Notes under the pieces: model-generated
Databases searched by the model: none
Seen by the model: the letters and a program-made list of their open reading frames with translations, nothing else
What the model was told of the DNA's origin: nothing
Part shown: positions 49,816 to 63,452 of the stretch, in pieces
Layout: the number at the start of each line of letters is the position of its first letter
How positions within the stretch are numbered: the stretch's first letter is position 1
Source: Azolla caroliniana
Taxonomy: Eukaryota > Plantae > Polypodiophyta
Assembly: GCA_043228905.1 (NCBI GenBank)
Contig: JBHGNT010000004.1
Span: 17,050,001 to 17,114,000, forward strand
Direction: 5' to 3'
DNA: 64,000 nt
Program-made: the position numbers and the translations under genes

Positions 49816-50730
49816 CTAGTAATGAGGTGGCCGTGACGTTGATGCCCCTGGCCCAGCGGCTGCCGCCCATGCGTACATGTCCGGGAATTGGTGGCTTGAC
49901 ACTAGATTCGGCGGCAAATTGTAGTGGCTTGAACCGGGGACCGCGGCCGAGAGCACGTGCAACCCACCCCCGGAGGAGGAGGAGGCAGCGGCGGCGGCAT
50001 TGCTGTAATTGTCTCCTGGATTCATGTGGTGGTGGTGGTGGTGGGCCACGAGTTGGGGCGGGGCCGCCGCCATCCCTCCTAGGCCTTGTTCCGCCTCCCC
50101 GCCATCATCTCCGCCTCCGCCGCCTGCTGCTGCTGCTGCTGCTGCGATCATGGGGAGTGGGAGTCGCTCGTACGACGCATTGAGGAAGGAGGCGGCCATT
50201 ATGACGACGGGGCCTGACGCCAGCAATGGGCCCACCACCGATCCGCCCACCACTTGGCCCTGCCCTCCCGCCAGGTAGATCGTCAGCCCGGCTCCAGCTC
50301 CGGCTGCTCCGGCTGCTGCGGCGGCTAACGGCGTCGGCGGAAGGAAGGCGCCGGAGAGGGAGAGGATCTCGAAGCGTCCGTGCAGGGTGACGGTGGCCCC
50401 CCCGGGCGCCGCAGGCTGGCGGAGGGTGACGTTGGCCACGGTGCCGGTGCCGCTCAGCACGCACACGCCCCGCTGGCGCCGCCGGGCGTAGGCCGCCACG
50501 CTGTCGCTGACGTCGCAGCCGGAGGCCACCTCCAGCACGTGGCTGCGGAGGGCGTTGGCGCTGTCGCGGCTGATGATGATGGGCGGCTTCGGCTTGTTCT
50601 TCGACCCCGGCGGCCGCCCGCGAGGCCGCCGCCCACCCAACGACGACGAAGACGCGTCCAGCAGCAGCAGCCCCGCCCCCTCCGCTCCTCCTCCTCCTCC
50701 TCCTCCGCCTGATGAGCTCAGCAATGCCAA

Positions 50731-50775
<45 letters not shown>

Positions 50776-50979
50776 GTGGCTGTTGGTGTTGGTGTGGCTG
50801 TTGTTATTATGGTGGTAGTTGGGCCCACTCTCGTTTTTGTTGGCCTCCGTACCACAGGCGGCGGAGTTGGTCATGGCCATGGTCATGTTCATATTCATGT
50901 TCATGTTCATGTTGATGTGGTGGTGACTATTGTTGGTGTTGGGCGGATCGCTGTTCTCATCCTCCGACATGGCGGCCAT
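49816..50979 (-). CDS. AHL: AT-hook motif nuclear-localized protein (AHL, clade A type; AT-hook + PPC/DUF296), intronless, 387 aa
   Basis: [73 protein letters not shown] and ASYERLPL, with poly-Q/G/A/H tracts. Confidence 0.97.
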
Positions 50980-51689
50980 CCGCTCCCTCCCTCCCTCCCT
51001 CCCTATAGGGCCCTCCCTGCAGCCAAAAAAACCAGAAAGTCCAGAGTCACGCGTGTTGATCGGAGCACACTTATACGCCGGCCGCCATATCCGTCAGATT
51101 AAAGAGAAGGTAGCCGGATCGGATCAGATCGGATAGTGATGGATCTACCAATCGACGCCGTGTCAGGATTGGATTGGATCGAAAAAAAAACTGGCGGCGG
51201 ATGTTCTGTTATCAGGTCCAGTCTAGTAAGCGATCAAAGACTGAGAGTTAGATCGGTGAGCAGTCGAGGGACATGAAGCCATGAAATGGGAGGTCCCGCA
51301 GGCTTGCGTGTGTCTCGAATGGAAAGCCCTGCACAGCCCACACACAGCCACACACAGGCGGAAGAAGTATTACTACTACACCACAGTTACAACTTACAAC
51401 TTACACCTTCAAGATATACCAGTTTTCTTCTTTTTCTTTTTCTTTTTTATTAGTATGTGCAAGTTGGATCATCATCAGTACAGGGACGTATGTATGTAAT
51501 GAAGAGCCATCCTCCTCCTTATTCGATGAATCAATCAATTGATGCACACAAACGTGACACACAGTCTTAGCCAGAGACAAAAGATTCATCCTCCCATTTA
51601 TTTGGACATAGGAATGCAGCAGCTGGATAGAAGGCTCTCCATGATGACATGCATGACTAGTGCACTCACTCACCCTGTCTGTGGTAATC

Positions 51690-52620
51690 AAATTAATTAA
51701 TTAATTAATCAGTGCTTAAAGAGAAAGGATTAGTGATATAATTTACAGAAGTTTTAAGAATCCATCATTCAACGCATGGTTATGCATTCCTGGTGGAATT
51801 TGAAGGGTTGCTTAGAAGAAGAAGAAGAAGAAGAAGAAGAAGAAGGAGAGGAGAGTGAGAGAGAGAGAGAAGGAAGGAATGGGGTCATGAGGCAGAAAAT
51901 GAAACATATGATAGATAGATAGATAGAGGTAGCTTCTCTTGTGGTGCTTCCACTTCACTTTCTTCAGTAAAGTACCAACTAAACATTTACATACACATCT
52001 ATATATATACACACATACATATGATATGATATGATATGATATGAGATAGTTGAGTATGTAGTCTGTAGTCTGTAGATGTAGCTATGGCTATGGCTATGGC
52101 TAGCTTAATAGCTTTCATCAAAGAAAAGTTAATTTGTGAGGGCTCGGACCCCTCCCTGCCCTCCCTCCTGCATGCTAACTAGAATATTCTCATTTAACCC
52201 ATTAATGACCTAATCATAACTTCTGTAGTCCTCTTCTTCTTCATCTAGTAAAACAAAAGGATCCCCTAGAATCTTGTGAGGTTTTTGTTCCCCCTCAGGT
52301 TTCTAAAGAGTGGTTAGTTAACTGGTTAGTTAATAGTTAGTAGGAGGAAGGGGGGGGAGGTGTTGTATATGTATGCTATATTTATTGTAAGGGGCAGGTT
52401 ACAATCTTCTTAGCAGTATATGTATAAGCTTATAGAAAGAAATAAAGCAACACACACTATGAAATCCTTATAATAGGTTTTTACACCAACACAAAATTAC
52501 AAGTCTTTTTCTTAGTTTGGGTTTTGTGTGTGTATGTGGTGGTGAAGGGGGAAGGGGAGATAGAGATAGAGATGGATAGATAAATAGATGGATAGAGAGA
52601 GAGAGAGAGAGAGAGAGAGG
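51690..52620. repeat. Microsatellite-rich region upstream of AHL: (TTAA)n, (GAA)n, (GA)n, (GATA)n, (ATATG)n, (GCTATG)n
   Basis: Read directly at 51691, 51814, 51855, 51909, 52021, 52081 and 52594. Confidence 0.9.
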
Positions 52621-54059
52621 TGGTTGATATGATACGTGCTCCATTGGAATTTGCTTGCTTGTTTGGTTGGCACCTCTAGTATGGGAGGTGTTTTAGAATT
52701 CAAGCCAATGCTTATATTAGTAGATTCAATCAAGCTCCTTATTTAGGAGTTGGGAAGTACTGCAACTCGATTATGACCTCGTTTCTTGAGGCAGATGAGT
52801 GTGAAACAATGGTGCACACGTAGATATTGCACCTTAAAGAAGACTTTCTTGTTTGCAAATAGTTGGTGATAGGGATGGTGTCAATGTGTGTCTGGTATAT
52901 GTGCTATAGTGAGATATTGTGGTAGTACAGAAAGAAAATGAGAGGGACACTCACGACACAAAAGTCTTGGTATCAAGGAAATATAGTTTAGCACACTATG
53001 CTCAAGAGTGGAAAAAAGTAAATTGAATCCTTGATGAATCTATTGGAGCCAATAGTGTTAGATATTTGCCAATTGAGAAGTCCCCATGTCTTTTATAGAT
53101 GTTCTTGGAGGTGTCCTTTGTCTATTCAATCAAAACATATTACTCTCATTCTACATGTGTGAGCTTCTAATGTGTTAGCAGCAGTTGAATGAAAGTGGAC
53201 AAACATGATAGAACATCGTCTTGTCCAGAATCTATTCAAGCCAAACATATTAATCTAATCATACAGGTGTAACCTTATAATATGTTAACATAGGTTGAAT
53301 GGAAATGGGTGAATGTGACAAACCATGGTGTTGGTGCAAACCTTGTGACAAGTCTCAACTCAAGCAATGTAATTTCAGCCAAAATCTAATTTCATTTCCA
53401 ACCTTTTTCTCCTAAAAGAAATTCACTTTCGAAATGCACCCTAGGGAGAAAACATTATTATTGAAAGAGTTACGACAATACTAATATAATATTTGAGTAT
53501 TATCCAATGTCCATAATATGATCATTAACAATGTTCATGGGTTGATATCGTCACAATAACATTATAGAAAACTTTAAACTTTTCAAAAGAGAACCAATCT
53601 TATCATGTTGGCTTTAGAATGCAATCCCCACAACCCAAGGGTTTAAAGCAGTTTCGTTGCCTTACTAATACAAATACTAATAAAAACAATTTAAACTTTG
53701 GCAAGTCATCACATATCCTCCTTAATCATTTGGTCATTGACCATGTTCACACATCGTCCTCTTTGTCATAACTAAATAAAAATCTTTAAAACATTTGAGA
53801 ATATGACTTTATAGTATTGTGAAGAAATTGATTAATGGGCAAAAGCTCTAGAATGCCACCGTTGCATTTTCCTTTAATGTTTCCTTTTCTTTTCTAAAGA
53901 TTTTCTTCAATAGTATTAAAAAAAAACACCAAAAGACTACAAGTTGAACTTGTTTGCTGAGAAGCTTACAACTTTTTATGTACAATGATGTACAATAATC
54001 CTAAGACCAAAGACAGGACTTTCTAGAAGGTGTTGGAATTTGCTGATGTATACTGCCGT

Positions 54060-55000
54060 GATTTACTGATAATCAAGAAAGGGTCCATGGAAGTCGATAG
54101 CGCCATTGAGGCCCTGGAGTTGACTCTGTAAACAGGGGAAACTTTTTCCATTTAAGTGAAGAAGCTTCTTCCTTCTCTTGTTCACAATCTCTGGGGAACT
54201 GTGCATATTGTCATACTGGCCACAGATTATTGCCAACAAGTTTTCCCATATCTCAAGTAGGACATTTGAGAGACGAAGATCTACCACATCATAAAGTCGG
54301 TTACATCGACATTTCCATAATGCCCATTACGTTACCGTAGTCATTATTTTCCAAACTTGGACAGATCACACATACTTTCGAGGTTGTTGAAAGGGGCTAA
54401 CTAATATCAACCTTCTATTATGTGCCATCATTGCCTCTTGAACATCGTCTGCCTCATACAACATCAAGTTGGAATGTAACATTCCCCACATCGTTGATCC
54501 CCATGAAAATAGGCAGCCTACATTGATTGTTAAGAATAACGAAAGGACTTTATTCCATACTCGTTGAGCCAAGGGACAAGACCAGAGGACATGCTTGGAA
54601 GTCTCCTGAGCTTCATGGCAATAACCACATTGTCGAAGATTGGGTGCTACATTCCCTTTCAATGAATGACCAACTAGTAATGCCATATGCAGTAATATCC
54701 ATTTGAAGAGAATACATTTAGTTGGCCCCTTAAATGACCAGATCCATCTCCAGTAGGTTTTCAAATCCAAAGTTGAGACACCCTAGGTGGTCCAATGTTT
54801 CTGAGTTGTTGGTATCATTACATTCCAAGAGAGCAGTAATGATCTTCCAAATTTTACCGAGAACTGAAAGAAGGGAACCTTTATGATCTGTTCCCCCAAG
54901 GAATGTGACCAAAAACACATTGTCCTCTAGTTTCCATCCAATGCCCTTGAATAATCAATATTTTTTTAAATGTTCTTGGTCAAGCCCATCTTGAGCAACT
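54060..55000 (-). mobile_element. LINE (L1-like) ORF2 C-terminal remnant with zf-RVT
   Basis: WRWIWSFKGPTKCILFKWILLH...CGYCHEAQETSKHVLWSCPLAQRVW (C-x2-C...H-x4-C zf-RVT motif). The frames are broken. Confidence 0.75.
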
Positions 55001-57805
55001 ATTTGTGCTATGAAGCGGTTATGTGTTGAATTCATCCACATTTTTCTCTCTTTCCGTGATTGAGACAATGAATGGAAAATACAAAAAGACACTCTAGATA
55101 TTTCAAAGTTTTCCTTTGCTTAATTATGTAACAACAAAATAGAATGATCTACTTGGCATAAGTTACCATGCATTGAACATTAGCATGTACTAAAGCAAAT
55201 GTATAACATAAATATTTTTTATTAACCCAAGTTGGTACATTGACTACTTTTCAACAAAGATGAATGATACCATAAAATAAGAAACACAACTAGTCAATAG
55301 CTACATTAGTGATAATGTATTTGAATAGTCAGTAAAACCATACATGCAAGATAAGTACCCCTATTGAAACAACTCAAGAGACAAGATGTTTATAAACAAC
55401 CCATAAAACAAATGGTAATTCATCATATTCCTATAATATGTACGTCATGAGCTGAATATTATATTCCAATCCTCTTCCACCCTCCTTTTAGTGCTCGTAA
55501 TAAATACATGACATTGTTATACATATTCCATAACGTGGATGACTAATAGGGTAGCATATGTGGAGATACTCGTATCAAGGAGTCCCAATGGGGTTCAATG
55601 GTTTTTTGACATATTAATGAAACATAGACTTAAGTTTAAAACACGCCATTAGACTTCACGATCCATGTTGCGATGAGGAATACAATTTGCTAGAAATACA
55701 AGACCAATTGATTCTAAATATTGGCTAAAGGAAACAAAGCAACCACATTAGGAACACACAACCATGACGTTGAGTTACTAGTGACACAACTCATGACCAA
55801 ACTGGGATAACCGCATCATGATATGAACTTGATCAAAATCCCAAATTTTATGATATTAAATATTAAATTTGTTGTTATACATTATGGTGAAACTGAGATG
55901 TTTTGAATCAACCTACAATCTGGCACACTGTTGTATAGGCCACCAAGTCCCTTTTGACGTGATATATCCTTAATCATATCACTTTGGATTTCCACATTGA
56001 AACTAGCTTATTTGTGAACTAGTTCTACATGGTGTAAGCGTAGCCCATTATACATCAAAAGGATTTAGTAAATTGACAAATGAAGTTATATATTTGCATC
56101 CAATATTGTTCTAAGCATCAAAACACATCATATGAAGATTAGACATGTATGAGATGCTTAGAAGTGAACATATGAGAAATTCTTGGAGATGCCTATGGTG
56201 TTACTTGTACGGATACCCACATGTATGCCATGAGCATGGGAACTTGGATATATATTGTTGGAAGGTTGGGAGGCGAGTACATGTTAGTATCGTTGCGTAC
56301 ACGCAACTTGAGAATGAAATGGCAAATCCAGAGCAGTGGCTTGCATTTTGTGGTCATTATAATATGGTCTAACAAATAAAACAATGACATCACGATGTTA
56401 GTTTATGTTGATGTTACTCGAGGAAAAAATAAAATTGAACCTTTCGTTTTGGATATTTGAAAAGGTAGATATGTTGGGGGTGGGTTAATTTAATCTATAG
56501 ATGGATACTAAAGAAACAAATTTGAAATCCAAGCATAAGGGATCATGTACAAGTTGTAACTTGATGCCATAAGGTGCTATTCAAAAACATTTACTCACAT
56601 GATAGACGACAACATAGCCTATCTCTTTTTTAACATCAATCCTCTAGGAAACGGAGTATCAAAACACATTAACTTTTTTAATGCTTCTAGATGGATGCTC
56701 TCAAAATCGATAAAGTTATTAGAAACATGTTATCTCATATAACATATTTGCAAGCAGGGCACAAATGTGTGACATGTATGTGCATGTGCTTGTGCGTGTG
56801 TGCCTACATGTTTTATGTGCATTTTGTGTAGGGGTAATTTCAATATTGTTGACATTAGTCAAATATGAACAATGAGACAATGAAATAGCTTTTTGAACTA
56901 GTGTATGGAGTTAGTAAGCGACACTTATATACTTCAACATTTCAATTAGAGAATTGCATGTTAGGGTCAAGAGAGAGATGTGTATGGAGGTCAGGGTGAA
57001 ATGTGAAGGAAACATACTTAAAAATTATCGGCAATGGAAATTTGGAGTAAAGAATGATACTAAGACTTCCAAACTTGTTCAGACAAAAACATGCATGATC
57101 AATTCTCGTTTGTGCCACCCACACATGGAACTCAATCCCCATTCAAACTTCTTTATGTCACACTTCTTACGATTACACTATTGAACCCCTCGATTCATGA
57201 GAGGCTAAATGTGTTCTATTCGGAAAGGCCAAGCTTGTGCCAAGGATGGAAATTGGAATCTCTTAATATTATGAGATTTTATGTTACAATATAAATATTA
57301 GAACTAAGAGATGATGATTATAAATGAATGTACACGAGAGATCAAATATGATCTCAAAAGAGATGTAATACACCTTTACATCTATTACATTGGAACTAGA
57401 TATTTTATTCAAGTTGTGACATTTCCATCAACACTTAGGCTTCCCATGAAGTGGTTCTCCCAAAATCCCAAGTGGAGGTAAGAGTTCTGCACCCTGAGAT
57501 GTAGAGTTGAGGTCTTCTTTGCCCACTTCTTATTTGTGAACTCTTTGAGACTAAGAAGCCATGTTAGTTGGGGTTCTTGGCCATATGCATTCTACTTCCT
57601 TTTCATTTAGGCAACTCTTGGCTATCCAATATCTCAACCCATGTCTTCCATTCTACAAAGCTCGAGTCTCCTATGTCATTTTAAATTAGGGGTCTTCATG
57701 TTAAAGGAAAGACATGCCAACTAATGGATGACAATGGTCTCCTCACCATCACATCATTCACAAAGGATCAAGCTTGAAATCTTAAAAAAAACAATCAGTG
57801 GAGTT

Positions 57806-58165
57806 GTTAAGGCGGGGGCGGGGGGGGGGGGGGGGGGGGTGCCAAGGAGAGGCCAAAGTCATGTTGTAATATGGTGATACATATTTTTAAGGACTTCATC
57901 CTTGTATTAAAATTGGCCAATGTATGACATGATGTATTGACGATAATGAGAGAAGTTTGTGTTTGTTAAGAGAGAAGCGTGTTGTAATGATCTACCAATC
58001 AAGGGAGCAATTAAGGGGGGTGACCAAGGAGAGGCCAAAGTCATGTTGCAATAGGGTGCTACAAAAGATAAGGAATTCACCCATGTATTAATACTTGGCC
58101 AATGTATGACATGATGTATTGACTATAATTAGAGAAGTTTGTGTTTGTTAAAATAGAAGTATGTT
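57806..58165. repeat. ~182-bp tandem duplication; the first copy carries a G20 run (57820-57839)
   Basis: CCAAGGAGAGGCCAAAGTCATGTTG...TTGGCCAATGTATGACATGATGTATTGAC...AGAGAAGTTTGTGTTTGTTAA is present twice. Confidence 0.9.
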
Positions 58166-61100
58166 AGTTGTGTCTCTACCTTGTTTTGTTGTAATCTTCT
58201 ACCACTTACAGAGAGAGTCGGGACTCATTTTTTAAGGAACAGTCCAATCAATGTCAAGACTTGATTACAACTATCATTCTTGGAACTTTGTCAAAACCCT
58301 TGACTTACTTAGAGGTCCCACTTATGAACTTGATTACAACTATGATTCTTAGAACTTTAACAAAACCATTTACTTAGTTAGAGACCCCATATTTGAGTAC
58401 TTCAATTGTGTTTCAATGGATGTTTTTCACAATGTTGTGTCATTCTTCCTATTACAACCATAAGTTTGACATCATGATGATGGTTTCTCATGAACCCATA
58501 GCATGATAATTCATTCCTTTAGAAAGTAATGTGTGGTATATTCATAGATGAGTCCTCAATAGTTATCAACTTTCAAGTCTTTGGGTTTTAGAGGGGACTA
58601 TACTTAATTAGCCTCTAGGTGCTCTTACTTTCTCGGACCTCAACAAATAAATGGTTGTGGGCCTTGGATGGGCCATATTTTACGGTCTTTATCTATTGAT
58701 GGAAAAATTAGGCGCTATTTATAGCAAAATGTTCATGAAACCAAATATGGACTCAAGCTTAAGAATCATTTAGCATATTTCTCAAATGAGCGTCTCTCAA
58801 ATGGTTGGAAAGGTGTTATTGTTGGGGAAATCTTGGGGTTCCAGGTTTAGAGAAGTGACCATAACTCTCACATCACAATTCCAAACATACTAATTGGTGT
58901 TCTAGAACAATCTCCCTAGGATAATTCCATTTACATATAATAGGGTTTTGGTCACGTGTACATGAACTATTAGGCACTCGTAATTCAGAAAGTACATGGA
59001 TTGCATGGCATTTCCTACAAGACCAATTTCGAGTCCAAAATTTTCAATGCGTTTTTAAGGATTTGGCAATGTTTTATTACAAAAGTTCTTGAAGTGTTTT
59101 CCTAGTTTTACAACAAATTAAAGGAATAAAATTAGTACTCACCACAACTTTGCTAAATATTAAGAGCTTTCATACCTTATTGTTTACTATTTCAAACATT
59201 CACGATCTACACAAAATTCACCAAATCATTTGTACCTATTTAGTCCAAGCATATCCTTATTTTTTTATTTGTGTTTGCTTCGCAAGCTTTGTTACAATCT
59301 CCCATATTGCATTGTAGAATATTTGGAGGAGTTCACACTCTCTAATATAGAGAATTGAGGGCGAGACACAAGCTACATCAAAGAGCTTAGTCATCATGTG
59401 GAGATTAGACTCACCTCCTTAGAAACAAATGGCTAGGTTGTGGGAGACTAGTATAGCATTTGAGACCATTCTTGCATTTTCTTCAATTTTGTTCTTGGTG
59501 ATGTTTGTATGGACCTATAGCTCTATTTTAGCGAGACGGAGAGACGCCTCTAAAAATCATGTGTTCAACTCCTAAACTTTGCATTTCTTGCATCTATAAA
59601 ACAAGCTAGAGATTTGAACCGATATGCATGGATTTAGAATAAGGTTGAATGCATGGATTTATAAATATGTGCATATAAATACTAGATCTATTTATATGTA
59701 TTCAACCTTTGCATCTAGTAAACAAGTTATTTCTTGATATTTGAGCCAAAGTGATTGGGATACACTTGAAAATGGGACTTGATTGGGATATTTTAGCTAG
59801 GATTAAATTTGACCTATGTGACCAAAAGTGAAACACTTTCACATAGTATGTGTGGACATGGAGCAACGACTCTCGTTATTCAAGAATTTTACTAATGATG
59901 GTTGCAAAGTGCACACAATGTGATTGTGAGAGGAATGTGTGTTAAGGAGTGGAATGGATTAGCAATATATGGAAACCATACTCAAATGTTATGAAAGGTT
60001 GGTAGAACATTGTAGTTTGACGTTTAGGAGAAGTAGTATATGGTGTAACAAAGATGTGTGAAAAATAGGGATTTGAATTCATGATGATTTGTGTTTAGCT
60101 AACAACTTATCACTAGGGTAAGCCAACACACAAAAACACAAGAATGTCAGTACTCCTTAAGCCGATGAGCACATGAAGCAATCATATATCTCTGATGGGA
60201 CAAACTTGTGTAATATTAACCACTCATCAACCTTGGGATCGAAAGAAGTATTTCAATAGAGAGCATGTACAACTATATTATCTAAGAAGTAAATTCAATA
60301 TCTCTTAGCTAATGTGGTTTGCCTAACATTATGATAGAGAATCTCTATAAGTCAATTCAATATGTCTCATGTCTCACCCAATGTTGTTTCCAATTTTCTT
60401 AGTAGAAGAGAGTCTAGGAAATGAACTTGGGACTCAACTAAGTTAAGTAGTTATCTCTAGATGCTTGTATAAACTAGATTAGGAAGTTTAGTTAGTTGGT
60501 GTAGATATTTATGTGCTAACTAGATTATTAGTCATGTCACCTAAGTTCCATTGGCCAAAAAACATGGGAAATCTAGGAATGTGGAATTAAGTAGAAGAGC
60601 GCTCTCTCTCTCTCTCTCTATGTAGAGAGAGATGATGCTAGGTGTCATACAATCTAAACCATGAATCTTAGAATCCAAATTAGAAGGTAAGAGAGTACTA
60701 GTAATGAGTTAGGAGAGTAGGATAGGTTAGTAGAATGGTATAGTAGTTCATAAGGAGGCTCATTGCCCATTAAATATTAATGAATGGAGATGAACTTAAC
60801 ATCCATCTTATCTCTCTAATCAAAGGGTAGGAAGCAGGCAGTCTTCTTAGAGATATGATGACCATATATGGTCACACACACATAATGTGTACTAAAACAC
60901 ACATTGTATGTAGCTTATTTAAGTAGTAGAAGCATCTTGGTGTACCTCTTCTTAAGGTGGGGGTGGTACCACATCTATCAATCTCTCTATCTATGTGTGT
61001 GCATAAATATGTGCATATAAATACTAGATCTTTCTTGCATTAATTGTAGTGGTGGCTCAAATCTCAATAGATTGATTCCCTTTTTGCCACACCATTAAGT

Positions 61101-61527
61101 ATTGTTGTACGCCCAAATTTCATTTTGTTAGGAATTTGGATGGAGGAATTCCATATATTAATAATAATGTTATTATTTGTAAATTGAAATTTGATATTAA
61201 CAAAAACAACACCCATTATGGCTCACTTACTTTGGAGTTTCAGGTCATGCCAAGCTTCTTGTTCTCAAGTCAGCCTTTGTGTCATATTATGACGTCACCT
61301 ATTATCTTCCTTCACACAATAGTGTAATAAAAGGTGTCAAAATCCCAATGGGGTATTTATAATGCCTTCCTATCATTATTTTGAGTCTTGATTCTTCATG
61401 ACTATGTATGTCTCTATTTTGTGTCTCTTGATTTTCATTTTCTCTAGTACGCAACAAGCTAGACGACATACTATTGTTTAGTTCTCGTAGGCCACGTTGG
61501 CTTCTTTAGAGACTTCAATTCATCTCA

Positions 61528-61558
<31 letters not shown>

Positions 61559-62626
61559 AAAATTAGTGTACAAGAAGTGACAAAGTTTCCTATGGATAAG
61601 GGTCTTCTTGTGACTACAAGATACTTGACTCTACAATCATGAAAGTGTGTTAGACAAGGACTTCGTCTAGAAAGTTTCCTAGTACATTGTAGCACTAAAA
61701 TGATCCATTTTAGACAATGGGAATCATTTAATCAACCGTTCACAACAAACTTTAGGTATATATGTTGTACATCTCTCATTGAAGAAGAAGAAATTTGGGC
61801 TTTTGACTCTGAAACCAATATACTTTCTAGATCATTGTGTACTCTTTCAGCTCACATTGGATATGTTCCTTATATATAGTGAATTATTAAAAGCATCATT
61901 AGTTTTCATTTTCACATTAAATTTATTGCATAGTTATTTTTAATTGGAATTCTTATTCTCCAGTGTCCACCCCAAAGTGGTACTATCATGTACCCACATG
62001 TTCGATAAAAGATTGCATTGTAATAGTGGTTCGGATTTAGTTGGACTTCTATGTTTTGTACCATCTACTCGTTGGTTCTTGGCAAGGGTCATCAACACTA
62101 TCTTGAGCGAACCATCTCTTGAATGTATTTTTCATATTTTAAACCATGAAATTGCATATAGGATGAAAATCAAAGGGTTGTTGTAACATGAACTATAAAT
62201 GATGGAAGTCTTGGCTATTAGCCATTATGGTAGTTCCTTGTGATTCATATTTTGATCATGAGCATTTTTATAATCCCAAGTAGAGAGCTTATGGAAGTGA
62301 GTAGAAGATGGAGCTCAAACTGAAGTCAACACATGAGGCTTATTGATCATCATTGGGAGACATTCTTTGATTCTAATGTATGTTCACATTGTAAATTGAG
62401 GTTCTTTATGTTCTTGGTGTTTAGTTGGATCAGCGTGCATATGTCACCTTCTTTAGTTAAACCATTTGACAAAACTCCCCACTACTAGCAATAAGAGAAG
62501 CACCCTTATTCTTGTTTGCTCATGAGTATCTTCATGTATTCGAGTAGAGAGCATTTAGAAGTGCCTAGGAGATGGAGCCAAAAGCAAAAAAATCATGTGA
62601 AACATATGGGAGAGATACCTCAACTC

Positions 62627-63022
62627 TAACTTATGCTACATATCGGTTCTCTATCCATGGTCTTTGGATGAGTTGGTGTGCATGCAAGTCTTCTTAATCG
62701 GTTAGTTGTTTGCATCCCCTATTCTCCATTATAAGATCATTAGTCCAACACCAAAATTATAACTTATGCTACATATCAGTTCTCTATCCATGGTCTTTGG
62801 ATGAGTTGGTGTGCATGCAAGTCTTCTTAATCGGTTAGTTGTTTGCATCCCCTATTCTCCATTATAAGATCATTAGTCGAGCACCAAAATTATAACTTAT
62901 GCTACATATCAGTTCTCTATCCATGGTCTTTGGATGAGTTGGTGTGCATGCAAGTCTTCTTAATCGGTTAGCTGTTTGCATCCCCTATCCTACATTATAA
63001 GATCATTAGTCAAGCACCAAAA
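62627..63022. repeat. 133-bp tandem repeat, three nearly identical copies
   Basis: The unit TAACTTATGCTACATATC...CACCAAAAT starts at 62627, 62760 and 62893. Confidence 0.97.
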
Positions 63023-63188
63023 TGATAAGTAGAAACAAAGAATGAGGAGCTCATGTTTGCCAAAAATTTCACAATTGATTTTAATCAATTTGACTATAGA
63101 TTTGCATGCATCCCTTTGCACAACATGACTTTCACTCAACTGGGTATTCCATCTTCTCTTGCTCGATGATTCTCACAGATTTGCATAA

Positions 63189-63452
63189 TTAGATTTGTAT
63201 TTTCCATGATCCTAACATGTAGGGATGATCTTTTTAAAGGTTCTACATACAAATATATTAAATACTACATGAGGCATTTCAGCTCCATATACCAGAGGCT
63301 ACAACAGGAGGTTCTACAAATAATACTATCATATTCACATATTTAGATTTGTATTTTCCATGATCCTAACATATTGGCATGATCCTTTGAAAGGTTCTAC
63401 ATACGAATCTATTGAATACTACATGAGTAAATTCTGTTCCATGTACCAGAGG
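63189..63452. repeat. 154-bp-period diverged direct repeat
   Basis: TTAGATTTGTATTTTCCATGATCCTAACAT...AAAGGTTCTACATAC...AATACTACATGAG...TACCAGAGGC starts at 63189 and 63343. Confidence 0.88.

Noticed and set aside
49764-51136. Several 60-140 aa ORFs overlapping AHL on the opposite strand or in other frames
   Set aside because: These are by-products of high GC and trinucleotide repeats, with no domain signal.
62627-63022. Regularly spaced repeats resembling a CRISPR array
   Set aside because: The whole 133-bp unit repeats with no unique spacers, there are no cas genes, and the context is eukaryotic.
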